Shown here: positions 20,021-29,375 of the stretch, one piece after another
Position numbering within the stretch: the first letter of the stretch is position 1
How the letters are laid out: each line of letters opens with the position of its first letter
Assembly: GCA_964035545.1 (NCBI GenBank)
Contig: CAXIUT010000291.1
Coordinates: forward strand, 1 to 64,000
Direction of reading: 5' to 3'
DNA: 64,000 nt
Source of the DNA: Bugula neritina
Taxonomy: Eukaryota; Animalia; Bryozoa
Notes under the pieces: generated by a model
What the model saw: the letters and a program-made list of their open reading frames with translations, nothing else
What the model was told of the DNA's origin: nothing
The model's database searches: none
Made by a program: the position numbers and the translations under genes

Positions 20021-21883
20021 ATGCTGCAAAAATTCCTAACCTCCCTGGTCAAACCAGCCGACTTCGGCCCAATAGAGCAGCCGCCCCGCAACACGTTGGC
20101 GTTCTTTAAATACTACCTCTACCCCATCCGGTATTTATTACTCATCACGCTCATCGTATCCGGTATCGCCACTGGTACCGAGTTATTGCTGTATGTCTAC
20201 CTCGGCCAGATCGTTGACTGGATGAGCAGCAATGAACCCGCACAATTCTTTGAGCAGTACACGCCTGCACTATTAACCATGCTGGTGGTCGCAATGTTTA
20301 TCCGGCCCATTGCGTTATTAGCAGCACGCGGACTGATAACGTTTGCGCTGACCGTCGGTTGGGGCAATCTCATCCGCTGGCATAATCACCGTTATATGGT
20401 GCGCCAGAGCCTGACCTATTTCCAGAATGATTTTGCCGGGCGTATCGCACAGAAAGTGATGCAGACCGGGAATTCATCGCGTGAAGCGGTGTTGAATGTG
20501 GTCGATGGCTTGTGGTTACTGGTGATTTATCTGGTGGGGATTATCTGGCTGTTTATCGAGATGGATTGGCGCTTGTTGCTGCCGGTTTTGCTGTGGGTTG
20601 TTGGGTATGTTGTGGTGATTGTGACGCGGGTGCCGCCGGTACGCGGGCGTTCGGCAGCGTTATCGGAGGCAAATTCACAGTGGTTGGGTCAGGTGGTCGA
20701 TAGCTATTCTAATATTCAGTCGGTCAAATTGTTCGCCACGCCTGAGTTAGAAGATGCACATACCGGTAAGTATATGCAGGAACACACCAATGCGTTTTAT
20801 GGCCTGATGTGGGCGATTTTCCAGATGACGGCGGCGCTGGTGGTTCTGAACACACTGTTGATTGTGAGTACGGCGGTGGTATCTATTTATCTGTGGCAGG
20901 CGGGTGAGGTGTCGCTTGGCGCGATTACGATCGCCAACGGCATTATTATGCGGGTTAACCAGATGTCCAGCTGGATACTGCGCACGATTACGTCGATGTT
21001 TGAGCATATTGGTACGGTGCAGAACGGGATTGAAACCATTGCGCAGGACAATGCCGTCACTGATAAGCCTGCTGCGCCAGTCTTACAGCTGACACAGGGG
21101 GAGATTGCCTATAAGGATGTTGGTTTCGCTTATAACGCCGGCAATAGCGTGATGCGCGATTTCAATCTGTTGATTAAGCCCGGTGAGAAGATTGGCGTTG
21201 TCGGGCGTTCCGGGGCGGGTAAGTCCACGCTGGTGAATTTATTGCTGCGCTTTCATGATGTGGATGAGGGGGAGATTCTGATTGATGGTCAGAATATTGC
21301 GGCGGTAACGCAGAATAGTCTGCGTGCTGAGATTGCGATGGTGACTCAGGATACGGCGCTCTTGCATCGCTCTGTGCGCGATAATATTCGTTATGGCCGT
21401 CCGCAGGCGAGTGATACTGAGATTGAGCGTGCGGCGCGGCTGGCCGGGGTGGATCAGTTTATTGAGCAGCTGGTTGACCCGAAGGGTAATCAGGGTTTTG
21501 ATGCGCTGGTTGGGGAGCGTGGGGTCAAGCTTTCGGGCGGACAGCGCCAGCGGATTGCGATTGCGCGGGTGATTCTGAAGGATGCGCCGATTCTGATTCT
21601 GGATGAAGCGACGTCGGCGCTGGACTCCGAGGTGGAAGAGGTGATCCAGAGTCGCCTGACTACGTTGATGGAAGGGAAGACGGTGATCGCGATTGCGCAT
21701 CGTTTATCGACGATAGCGGCGATGGATCGGCTGATTGTGGTGGACGAAGGCCAGATTATCGAGCAGGGTTCACATGCGGAGTTGCTGGAGAGACAGGGTT
21801 TGTATGCAAAATTATGGGGGCGGCAATCCGGTGGCTTTCTGGGAGCGGGGCAAAACCCGCATGAGGGGCCTGTTTCCGGATAG
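20021..21883 (+). CDS. ABC transporter fused permease/ATPase (exporter)
   Basis: TM domain; GRSGAGKS, LSGGQRQR, ILDEATSALD. Confidence 0.95.
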   Translation: MLQKFLTSLVKPADFGPIEQPPRNTLAFFKYYLYPIRYLLLITLIVSGIATGTELLLYVYLGQIVDWMSSNEPAQFFEQYTPALLTMLVVAMFIRPIALLAARGLITFALTVGWGNLIRWHNHRYMVRQSLTYFQNDFAGRIAQKVMQTGNSSREAVLNVVDGLWLLVIYLVGIIWLFIEMDWRLLLPVLLWVVGYVVVIVTRVPPVRGRSAALSEANSQWLGQVVDSYSNIQSVKLFATPELEDAHTGKYMQEHTNAFYGLMWAIFQMTAALVVLNTLLIVSTAVVSIYLWQAGEVSLGAITIANGIIMRVNQMSSWILRTITSMFEHIGTVQNGIETIAQDNAVTDKPAAPVLQLTQGEIAYKDVGFAYNAGNSVMRDFNLLIKPGEKIGVVGRSGAGKSTLVNLLLRFHDVDEGEILIDGQNIAAVTQNSLRAEIAMVTQDTALLHRSVRDNIRYGRPQASDTEIERAARLAGVDQFIEQLVDPKGNQGFDALVGERGVKLSGGQRQRIAIARVILKDAPILILDEATSALDSEVEEVIQSRLTTLMEGKTVIAIAHRLSTIAAMDRLIVVDEGQIIEQGSHAELLERQGLYAKLWGRQSGGFLGAGQNPHEGPVSG

Positions 21884-21901
21884 GCTGCGGAGTGATCGGT
21901 G

Positions 21902-22066
21902 GGGTGACAGAATGCTGTCACCCGATTGTCACCTGTCACCTGTGTTGCGTCACTAACTGACAGCTTAACAAGCCTTGTTGTCTTTTCTCTGAAAAGTGCT
22001 TTTTATTTAAATTTTATGTTTATCAGTGGGTTATGGGTTTTTTGCGAAGTTGGCACGCGGGTTGCA
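21902..22066 (+). promoter_or_regulatory. Sigma54 promoter with upstream enhancer-like TGTCAC/GTGACA sites and IHF-like site
   Basis: TGGCACGCGGGTTGCA at 22051-22066 (GG-N10-GC); palindrome GGGTGACAG-N4-CTGTCACCC at 21902-21923; TATCAGTGGGTTA at 22021. Confidence 0.8.
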
Positions 22067-22076
22067 ATAAGGTAAA

Positions 22077-22305
22077 TAACAAAAAAACGATAACAACAAA
22101 ATAAAATAACAACAATAATAAAATAAAGAAATAATAATAAAAACAAAACCATAAGCCCCGAGGCTGAGTAATACAATCCCCTGTTTACGTGTTACGAAGC
22201 CTGTTTCAGTCCTCCCCCTTACCCCGGGGGGAGTACACTGAAAAACATCCCTAATCCCCTTTGTTGTAAGCCCTTAATCAGCCTCGTTTCGCGGGGCTGC
22301 TTTTT
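22077..22305 (+). ncRNA. Putative CrcZ-like A-rich small RNA
   Basis: No ORF; ~75 nt of AANAANAA/ARN repeats, internal hairpin, intrinsic terminator; starts at the predicted +1 of the sigma54 promoter. Confidence 0.6.
22279..22305 (+). terminator. Intrinsic terminator
   Basis: CAGCCTCG-TTTCG-CGGGGCTG followed by CTTTTT. Confidence 0.7.
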
Positions 22306-22415
22306 ACCTGAATTTCCCTTTATCACCCGAAAACCCTGTATAAACGGAGGATATTATTTTCTGTTGCCCGCCGCTTGTGATAAAGTTTTGCTAAGTAATA
22401 AAAAAGACATATGTT

Positions 22416-23120
22416 ATGCAAAAATCTAATTTATTGTGCATTGGGCATCGTGGTGCTATGGGGCATGCACCGGAAAACACATTGGCTTCGATCAGTAAGG
22501 CGCTGGAACTGGGTGCGCCGTGGATTGAAGTTGATATTTATGCCGTGGATGGACAGTTGCTGGTCTTCCATGACGATCGTCTGGATAAGAAAACCAATGG
22601 CAAAGGCTATATCCAGGAGCAATCCTTTGAGTACCTACGCTCATTACAGGTGAAAAAGAGTGATCAGCACATTCCGACGCTGGAAGAAGTGTGCGCGCTG
22701 ATCGCAGGCCGGGCCGGTTTGAATGTCGAGTTAAAGGGAGCGGGCACCGCCCAACCAGTGAGTGATTTGCTGGAACGCCTGATTACCGAAGGCTGGTCGC
22801 GTGAGCAGTTTCTGGTGTCTTCGTTTAATCACCGTGAACTACTGGCGTTTCGGGAAACTAATCCCGCGATTCGTGTTGGCCTGCTGCATTGTAGTTTACC
22901 CGTGGATGATGCCAAATCTGCTGAGGAGTTGGGAGCGTATTCGGTGAACCCCTCGCTGGAATTCATTGACCAGCGCTATGTGGATGATGCACACCGGCGT
23001 GGTCTCAAGGTTTATGTGTATACCGTGAACCATCCCGAAGATATTGCGCGTATGCGTGACCTTGGGGTTGATGGCGTGTTTACCAATTATCCGGAACGGG
23101 TGTTACAGGCGGCGGCCTGA
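22416..23120 (+). CDS. Glycerophosphodiester phosphodiesterase
   Basis: GHRGA..APENTL, EVD, HD, NVELK, GVDGVFTNYP. Confidence 0.92.
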   Translation: MQKSNLLCIGHRGAMGHAPENTLASISKALELGAPWIEVDIYAVDGQLLVFHDDRLDKKTNGKGYIQEQSFEYLRSLQVKKSDQHIPTLEEVCALIAGRAGLNVELKGAGTAQPVSDLLERLITEGWSREQFLVSSFNHRELLAFRETNPAIRVGLLHCSLPVDDAKSAEELGAYSVNPSLEFIDQRYVDDAHRRGLKVYVYTVNHPEDIARMRDLGVDGVFTNYPERVLQAAA

Positions 23121-23168
23121 GCCTGTGTTGTATAATGCCCTGTGCCAGCGGTGAGCGCTTGCTCACTA

Positions 23169-24496
23169 GTACCTCGCCTTGGAGATATGATTGATAATCA
23201 TGCCACCAGCGGCTTCCCGATGTAAGTCCATTGAAAAGGCTTAGCCAAGTATTTGTTGAAATAATCGATAAAGGCTTCCACTCTTTGCTTAAGATTTTCC
23301 TGTGAGGTAAAGCTGCCTCGCCTGAGTAAGCGTCGACTGAGAATGCCAAACCAAATTTCCACTTGATTGAGCCAGGAGCAATGCTTCGGCGTGAATACGA
23401 ATCGAATGCGATGCGCTTCATCTTGCAGGAAGGCCATTCTTGATGCCATACTTTTCAGAATACCTGATTTCCCCTTTTCCCCCAGCGGCTGGTTTAACTG
23501 ACAGGCTTGCGCGACGTACTCGACCAATCCGGCTGACTTGTGTGTATTGAGCTGATCCACTACAAATATCCACTGATCCTTAGCCGCAGTACCAACCGTA
23601 CGCTTAATGTGGGCGACAAAATCAGTTTCAGTTCGGGTATCACCAACGGTTGAGTCGATCACTTGCCCGGTCGCAATTTCGAAATTAGCGATCAGGCATT
23701 GAGTGCCATGCCGGGTATATTCAAACTCGTGCCGTTCCGGTTGCCCGGACTCCATCAGGTGGTCAGGATGGATACGTTCAATCGCTTGCATACCCGTTTT
23801 CTCATCCGTACTCACCAGGTGTATTCCTTGTTCATGGAGGGCTTCAGCCTGATGGTACAGTTTACAGATAGCATGAACAGCCTGGCGAAATTCGGGGCTA
23901 TCTTCAACACCCTGATTAAGCCAGTACTGAATACGGTGGGGCTTTAAATCAGCCTGATTTTAAAAAACGCTCGATACTGCTTTTCGAGATGCTATTAACA
24001 ATGCCGCGTTCTACCGCCATCCGGGCCAATTCGGCCTGTGTCCAGTGGCTTAGGTGAGTCGGCGGTTTCTCGCAAGCCAGGGCGATAATCCGACAAACCT
24101 GCTCAGCAGTAAAAGTGGGTGGGCTGCCACTGCGGGGAAGGTCACTGAGTAGGTGACGAATACCCTGACCCAGCAACCGGGGTTTATCTTCCCAACGCGA
24201 CAGTTTTGAATGGCCTTCAACCCAGCGACGACGCCACAGCCCCACAGCATTTTCATTCAAGCTAACTTGTTGGCTGATCGCTTTATTGCTGTTTCCCAAA
24301 GCCGCCAACAAAACGACCTGACTACGTTGGAATAAACTGTAAGCCGTTTTTCCACTCTTCACAAAACTTTCCAGCAGTGCTTGCTGGCCAGAACTCAGTT
24401 CAACTACAGAAACAGGACGGGACATCGAATTAGCTACCATAACTCTCAGATGATAGAGAGATGGGGGTTATCCATGATAGTTTCAAGGTGAGGTAC
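23169..24496 (-). mobile_element. IS630-family element, type 2, copy 2
   Basis: Same proteins and same 1328-bp length as 11982-13309; inserted at CTAG. Confidence 0.95.
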
Positions 24497-25293
24497 TAGG
24501 TTTTCCACATCGGATCAATGCCATCAATTAGCCTAAGTAAGGCGGGCCACTCCGGGTGACGTACTTTGGCCCCGGCCTGTGCCGCACCACCCTCAAACTG
24601 ATCACGGGTATGTGCCATTACCGCTTCATCAATCAGGTTCACTTTACCGCTCGCCATCGCCTGGAGCTGCACTTCAGCGTTACGAATGAAAGCATAATGA
24701 CGTACAAAGGCCCAGGTTGGTGTGGTACCCGCCGTAATCAGGCCGTGGTTCTTCAGCACCAGCGTATGATTCTCCGCCCCCAGCGCGGCCCGCACCCGGC
24801 TCTGCTCAGCCTCATTCAGCACAATACCCTCAAAATCATGATAGCCGACGCGCTGATAAAACTGACAGCCTTCCTGTGTCACCGGAATCACTTCCGTTTG
24901 GGTCGCACACAGTGCCTGTGATACCGCTTCATGGGTATGAATAATACAGTGCAGGTCGTCCGGGCGGGCTTTGTGGATAGCTGAGTGAATCAGATAGCCC
25001 GCCTGATTCACCGGCCAGTCGCTGGCACAGCTGCTGTCGTTAATCTTATTGCCGTCAATATCAATCTTAATCAGGTCGCTGGCGCGGATTTCATCGTAAC
25101 GCAGCCCAAACGGATTAATTAGCAGTGCATCGCTGTCCGGGATGCGACAGGTGATGTGGTTATAAACCACGCTTGTCCAGCCGAAGTAATCCACCATGCG
25201 GTAACAGGCTGCGAGCTGGAGACGGGTGTCCCATTCGGTTTGGGACATGCCGTTGGGGGCGGGTGGGTATGTGATATTGAAGCGGTTATCCAT
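24496..25293 (-). CDS. Class II aldolase/adducin family protein
   Basis: YNHIT, LINPFGL, IHSAIH, IIHTH, LKNHG. Confidence 0.9.
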   Translation of the reverse strand: MDNRFNITYPPAPNGMSQTEWDTRLQLAACYRMVDYFGWTSVVYNHITCRIPDSDALLINPFGLRYDEIRASDLIKIDIDGNKINDSSCASDWPVNQAGYLIHSAIHKARPDDLHCIIHTHEAVSQALCATQTEVIPVTQEGCQFYQRVGYHDFEGIVLNEAEQSRVRAALGAENHTLVLKNHGLITAGTTPTWAFVRHYAFIRNAEVQLQAMASGKVNLIDEAVMAHTRDQFEGGAAQAGAKVRHPEWPALLRLIDGIDPMWKT

Positions 25294-25319
25294 ATTGGTT
25301 TCCTCTGATTTTCAGTGCC

Positions 25320-25480
25320 CTTCGGCTCCGCTCAGGGAACTGAAAGGGCGGTGTCACATCTTGTCAGGTGGCTGAGCGGAGCCGAAGCCTCATGCCACCG
25401 CCTCCTCAGGGAACTGCAAGAGCGGTGTCACACCTTGTCAGGTGGCTGAGCGGAGTCGAAGCCTCATGCCACCGCCTCCT
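25320..25480. repeat. REP-like inverted repeat plus 74-bp tandem duplication
   Basis: CTTCGGCTCCGCTCAG (25320) / CTGAGCGGAGCCGAAG (25372); unit repeats at 25331 and 25405. Confidence 0.75.
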
Positions 25481-26891
25481 GCAATAATTCCCACAGCCGT
25501 TCCACATGCGTCCGCTCGGTGCTCTCCACTCCAATCGACACCCGCACCATCCAGCGCCCGTCCAGCATAGACGGACTCATAAACGCAGCGCCCGAACTAT
25601 TAATCCGGTTTACCCAGTCCAACGTGTGTTTATCCAGTGCTTCACCACTCAGCTTATTGCCATCATCGTCTTTGGGTGTATGGCGAATACAAATAGTCTG
25701 TAAGTCCACCGGAGCCAGCACTTCCCAATCATCTGCCGCTTCGACCTGTTGTTTAAACCAGTGCGCATTTTCCAGATCACGCTGTAAACGCTGGCGAATC
25801 GCTTCCGGCCCTTCGAGGCGCAGATGGAACCATAATTTCAGCGCCCGGAAACGCCGCCCTAACGGTATGCCCCAGTCGCGGTATTGGGTGACTTCTCCAT
25901 CAGCGGTAGAGCGCAGGTAAGCCGGATTGGTGGACATAACCCGCTCCAGATGCTCAACATCTTTCACATAAAACAGCGCGGTATCCAGTATGGTGCCCAT
26001 CCATTTATGTGGGTTCCATGACAGTGAGTCCGCCTGTTCTATGCCTTCCCATAGGTGGCGGCATTCCGGTAGTAGCATAGCCGATCCCGCCATCGCCGCA
26101 TCAACATGGAGCCAGATGGCTTCCGCGTTGGCGATTGCTGCGATTGCTGCGACCGGATCCATCGCGGTGGTACCGGTTGCGCCGACGGAACAGACGATGC
26201 CCGCCGGGATATTGCCTGCTGCGCGATCCGCTTTGATCGCTGCGGCTAGTGCTTCCGGTAGCATGGCGCGGGTGTAAGGGTCTTCGTCGATAAAACGCAG
26301 GTTGTCGTTCCCAAAGCCCGCGAGTTGTACGGCTTTGGCGATGGAGGAGTGGGCTTGTCGGGTGCTGTAAACAATGAGTGGCGCATCGAGTGCTTGCAGG
26401 CCGCTGCTGTTTTTACTGAAGTCACTGGCTTTTTCCCGCGCCAGAATCATCGCGGTCACGCAGGCGGTGGAGGCGGTATCGTGAATCGTGCCATGCCAGT
26501 TTTCACTCAGGCCGGTGAGTTGGCGCAGCCAGTCGCAGGTGACTTCCTCGACTTCAGTGAGCGAGGGGCAGCTTTCCCAGGATATACCCAGTGTGCCCAT
26601 ACCGGAGCTGGCGATGTCGCCGAGGACGGAAGCCAGTGAGGCGTTGGAGGGGAACCAGCCGTAGTGCATGGGGTGTTGCACCTGAGTGACGCCGGGGACG
26701 ACGATGTTGTTGAGATCGCTGAGGACGCTGCTGAAGTCGTTGGCTTGTTCTGGTGGTTGAGCGGGGAGAGCGTTGCGCACTGCGCCGGGTTCGACCTGAG
26801 CGCGTACCGGTAATTCGGGGATGCGCTGGCGGTAATCGGCGATCCAGTCGATGAGTTCGTGACCGGCTGTGCGGAAGTCTTCGGGTGTCAT
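25464..26891 (-). CDS. PLP-dependent group II decarboxylase (aromatic L-amino acid decarboxylase-like)
   Basis: MTPEDFR..GHELIDWIADY, HVDAAMAG, NPHKW, DWGIPLGRRFRALKLW. Confidence 0.9.
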   Translation of the reverse strand: MTPEDFRTAGHELIDWIADYRQRIPELPVRAQVEPGAVRNALPAQPPEQANDFSSVLSDLNNIVVPGVTQVQHPMHYGWFPSNASLASVLGDIASSGMGTLGISWESCPSLTEVEEVTCDWLRQLTGLSENWHGTIHDTASTACVTAMILAREKASDFSKNSSGLQALDAPLIVYSTRQAHSSIAKAVQLAGFGNDNLRFIDEDPYTRAMLPEALAAAIKADRAAGNIPAGIVCSVGATGTTAMDPVAAIAAIANAEAIWLHVDAAMAGSAMLLPECRHLWEGIEQADSLSWNPHKWMGTILDTALFYVKDVEHLERVMSTNPAYLRSTADGEVTQYRDWGIPLGRRFRALKLWFHLRLEGPEAIRQRLQRDLENAHWFKQQVEAADDWEVLAPVDLQTICIRHTPKDDDGNKLSGEALDKHTLDWVNRINSSGAAFMSPSMLDGRWMVRVSIGVESTERTHVERLWELLQEAVA

Positions 26892-27039
26892 GCTTGTTCC
26901 TCCCCTGATGTTTGGTTATAGCTTCAGCATAATAGGGGAGGTCGTGGTTTGTGGAAAGAGGGGGTTCTTATGTTAATCTGCTCAATCCGATAAATTCAGG
27001 TTCAGACAATGCCGTTATAGCGGTGAAAAAGGAATATTA

Positions 27040-27696
27040 ATGTTGAAACTTCACCTGTCCATCCTGTTATGCCTTAGCGTTATGAGTACAAATCTCTCCG
27101 CAGATAGCACCACCGCCCCGGTTGACCCGCAGCAGTTATTTTACGATGTCGTATTTGAACGCCTCAGCGCAGACGGTGAACAACTGTTATGCGAACAGGA
27201 AGCTTATACCGCCTGTTATGATGTTGATAAGGCCGGTTGTATGGAGGCACAAGTAGCCCACAAGCCCGATTGCCTCGAAGCTTACCAGGCCAGTATTAAA
27301 GGAAACCCGGCGGCGAATCACACCTTCGCGTTTATGCAATGCATGAAGGAAAAACAGGTCGAAGCAGCGGGCGGCGCTGAGTCTGAAGCGGGTATTTGTA
27401 CCGAAAAGGCGATGCAGACTTTTAAGTCCTCGCCGTACTCACAGCGCATTGAAACCGTGTTTTCGCTGGTGTTATCGAATCACCATATTGCTGATGATTT
27501 ATGCGACCGTAAGACACTGTTTGCCTGCCCGATGGATGAGCCGGATTCGTGTAAAACCCGTATTAATGGCAATAAAGACGAGTGTATGGCGCAGGTGAAA
27601 CAGGAAATTCTGGCGATTGAGCCGCCGCTCGATCAAAGTCAGGCGGCACAAAAGTATATGTCGTGTCTGCTAATTAAAAATGATTGTAAGGAATAA
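27040..27696 (+). CDS. Secreted Cys-rich hypothetical protein with internal duplication
   Basis: Signal peptide; two LC..AC..C..C..(F/Y)MxC units; AAGGA RBS. Confidence 0.65.
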   Translation: MLKLHLSILLCLSVMSTNLSADSTTAPVDPQQLFYDVVFERLSADGEQLLCEQEAYTACYDVDKAGCMEAQVAHKPDCLEAYQASIKGNPAANHTFAFMQCMKEKQVEAAGGAESEAGICTEKAMQTFKSSPYSQRIETVFSLVLSNHHIADDLCDRKTLFACPMDEPDSCKTRINGNKDECMAQVKQEILAIEPPLDQSQAAQKYMSCLLIKNDCKE

Positions 27697-27706
27697 TGGT
27701 TGGCTG

Positions 27707-28159
27707 TTAGCGGTTCGCAATCATAGCGATATTTGCATGATCATTGACAGCGAGACTTGCTAAAAAATGATCAATACCCGCCTGTGCGCATTCCATATCC
27801 TGGTGCGGGGTGCCTGAACTGAGGCCGATACCGCCGACAACTTCGCCCGCGACATTAACCGGTAAGCCGCCGCCAACAACCGACAGGGAGTTGTGAATAC
27901 CAAACACCAGATTGCCAGGCTGGCAGGCGGCATTGTATTCATGTGTTGCCTTGCGTGCGGCGGCGGCAGTGTAGGCTTTTTCCTGTGCAATCACTACACT
28001 GCTGGTTTTGCCGCCATCCATACGCTCAAAGGCGATCAGGTTACCGGATTCGTCGGTGATGGCGATACACATCGGAACGCCGATTTCATTAGCTTTAGCT
28101 CTCGATCCGGCGATTAGGGTTTGAGCATCCTGTTGATCCAGTCTTTGCATGCTTATCAT
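27707..28159 (-). CDS. GlcG/HbpS family heme-binding protein
   Basis: IAITDESGNLIAFERMDG, KAYTAA, GGLPV..G.VVGGIGLS; start reassigned by RBS spacing. Confidence 0.88.
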   Translation of the reverse strand: MISMQRLDQQDAQTLIAGSRAKANEIGVPMCIAITDESGNLIAFERMDGGKTSSVVIAQEKAYTAAAARKATHEYNAACQPGNLVFGIHNSLSVVGGGLPVNVAGEVVGGIGLSSGTPHQDMECAQAGIDHFLASLAVNDHANIAMIANR

Positions 28160-28463
28160 GATCATATTCCTTTGTCTGTGGCTGACTTCTTTACATATAG
28201 ATAGCAAATAGCGACGGGACTGGAAAGCAAATCACCTCTGATAGGAGATAGTGTTATCCCCACTGATAGATTCAGGGGGAAAGGTTCTATGCCTGTGTGC
28301 TTATCTCTATCGGGGGTATTTATACTTTTTGTTGGCAATTCTGGTGGAGTGGTCGTCATAAAGTTGAACTTTATGCCGATAAGTTGAACAATGCGCTCAT
28401 CGTGAGCAAACCAGTGATGGTCATAACGATAAGAAAATACGAGTGTTAACGGGAGTGTTACAG

Positions 28464-29288
28464 ATGAAGTCGATTGCTGCGCTACAAATGGCGTCCGGGC
28501 CACAGGTACAGGCCAATCTTATGGAAGCTAAGCGTTTAATTCGTGAGGCGGTAGAAGGCGGTGCGGGGATGGTGGTATTGCCGGAAGTGTTTGGCATTAT
28601 GGGACAGCATGATACTGATACCGTGAATGCGGCTGAAACCTTTGGTAAAGGCCCGATGCAGGACTTTATTCGTCGTGCTGCTAAAGAATTTAAGGTCTGG
28701 ATTGTGGCTGGCACGATACCTCTGTTTACGGATAATCCGAATAAATACTCTGCCAGTTCCCTATTGTTTGCGGATAATGGCGAGACGGTAGCGCGCTATG
28801 ACAAGATTCACTTATTCGATGTTAAGGTCGAAGAAGAGGATCAGGTCTATACTGAAAGTCGCACGGTGCGGCCTGGAAAAGAAGCGACGATTGTTGATAC
28901 GCCATTTGGCCGCTTGGGCATGAGCGTGTGTTACGACTTGCGTTTCCCCGAACTATACCGGTATCTTTCCGAACAGGGGGCTGAAATTATAACCATTCCC
29001 TCAGCGTTTACCGAAGTCACCGGTATGGCGCACTGGGAACCTCTCTTGCGGGCAAGAGCCATAGAAAACCTGTGTTATGTGGTCGCACCGGCGCAGGGCG
29101 GTTATCATGTGAATGGGCGCACGACCTGGGGTCATAGTATGGTTATCGACTATTGGGGGCGGGTTCGTGGTCAACTGGATAAAGGCGCTGGTGTGGTAAT
29201 GATCGAGCCTGACCTGGATACTTTACGTGCAACACGTAATAGTTTTCCGGTGTTAGAGCATCGTTGCCCCGTTGGCACATTGAGATAA
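28464..29288 (+). CDS. Carbon-nitrogen hydrolase (Nit1-like, deaminated glutathione amidase)
   Basis: LPE, YDKIHLFD, CYDLRFPE, RARAIEN; adjacent to tldD. Confidence 0.92.
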   Translation: MKSIAALQMASGPQVQANLMEAKRLIREAVEGGAGMVVLPEVFGIMGQHDTDTVNAAETFGKGPMQDFIRRAAKEFKVWIVAGTIPLFTDNPNKYSASSLLFADNGETVARYDKIHLFDVKVEEEDQVYTESRTVRPGKEATIVDTPFGRLGMSVCYDLRFPELYRYLSEQGAEIITIPSAFTEVTGMAHWEPLLRARAIENLCYVVAPAQGGYHVNGRTTWGHSMVIDYWGRVRGQLDKGAGVVMIEPDLDTLRATRNSFPVLEHRCPVGTLR

Positions 29289-29375
29289 ACAGCCGGGATA
29301 GCTATTTCATCCTGGCTTTAGGTGATTAGTGGAAAGTAGCGCTTTTCAGGTATCACCTCAAAACAGGATAAAATA

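Noticed and set aside
22077-22150. Low-complexity junk or CsrB-type RNA
   Set aside because: Bounded by a consensus sigma54 promoter and a terminator, and lacks repeated GGA loops
25320-25480. Mini CRISPR array
   Set aside because: The sequences between repeats are near-identical, and there are no cas genes
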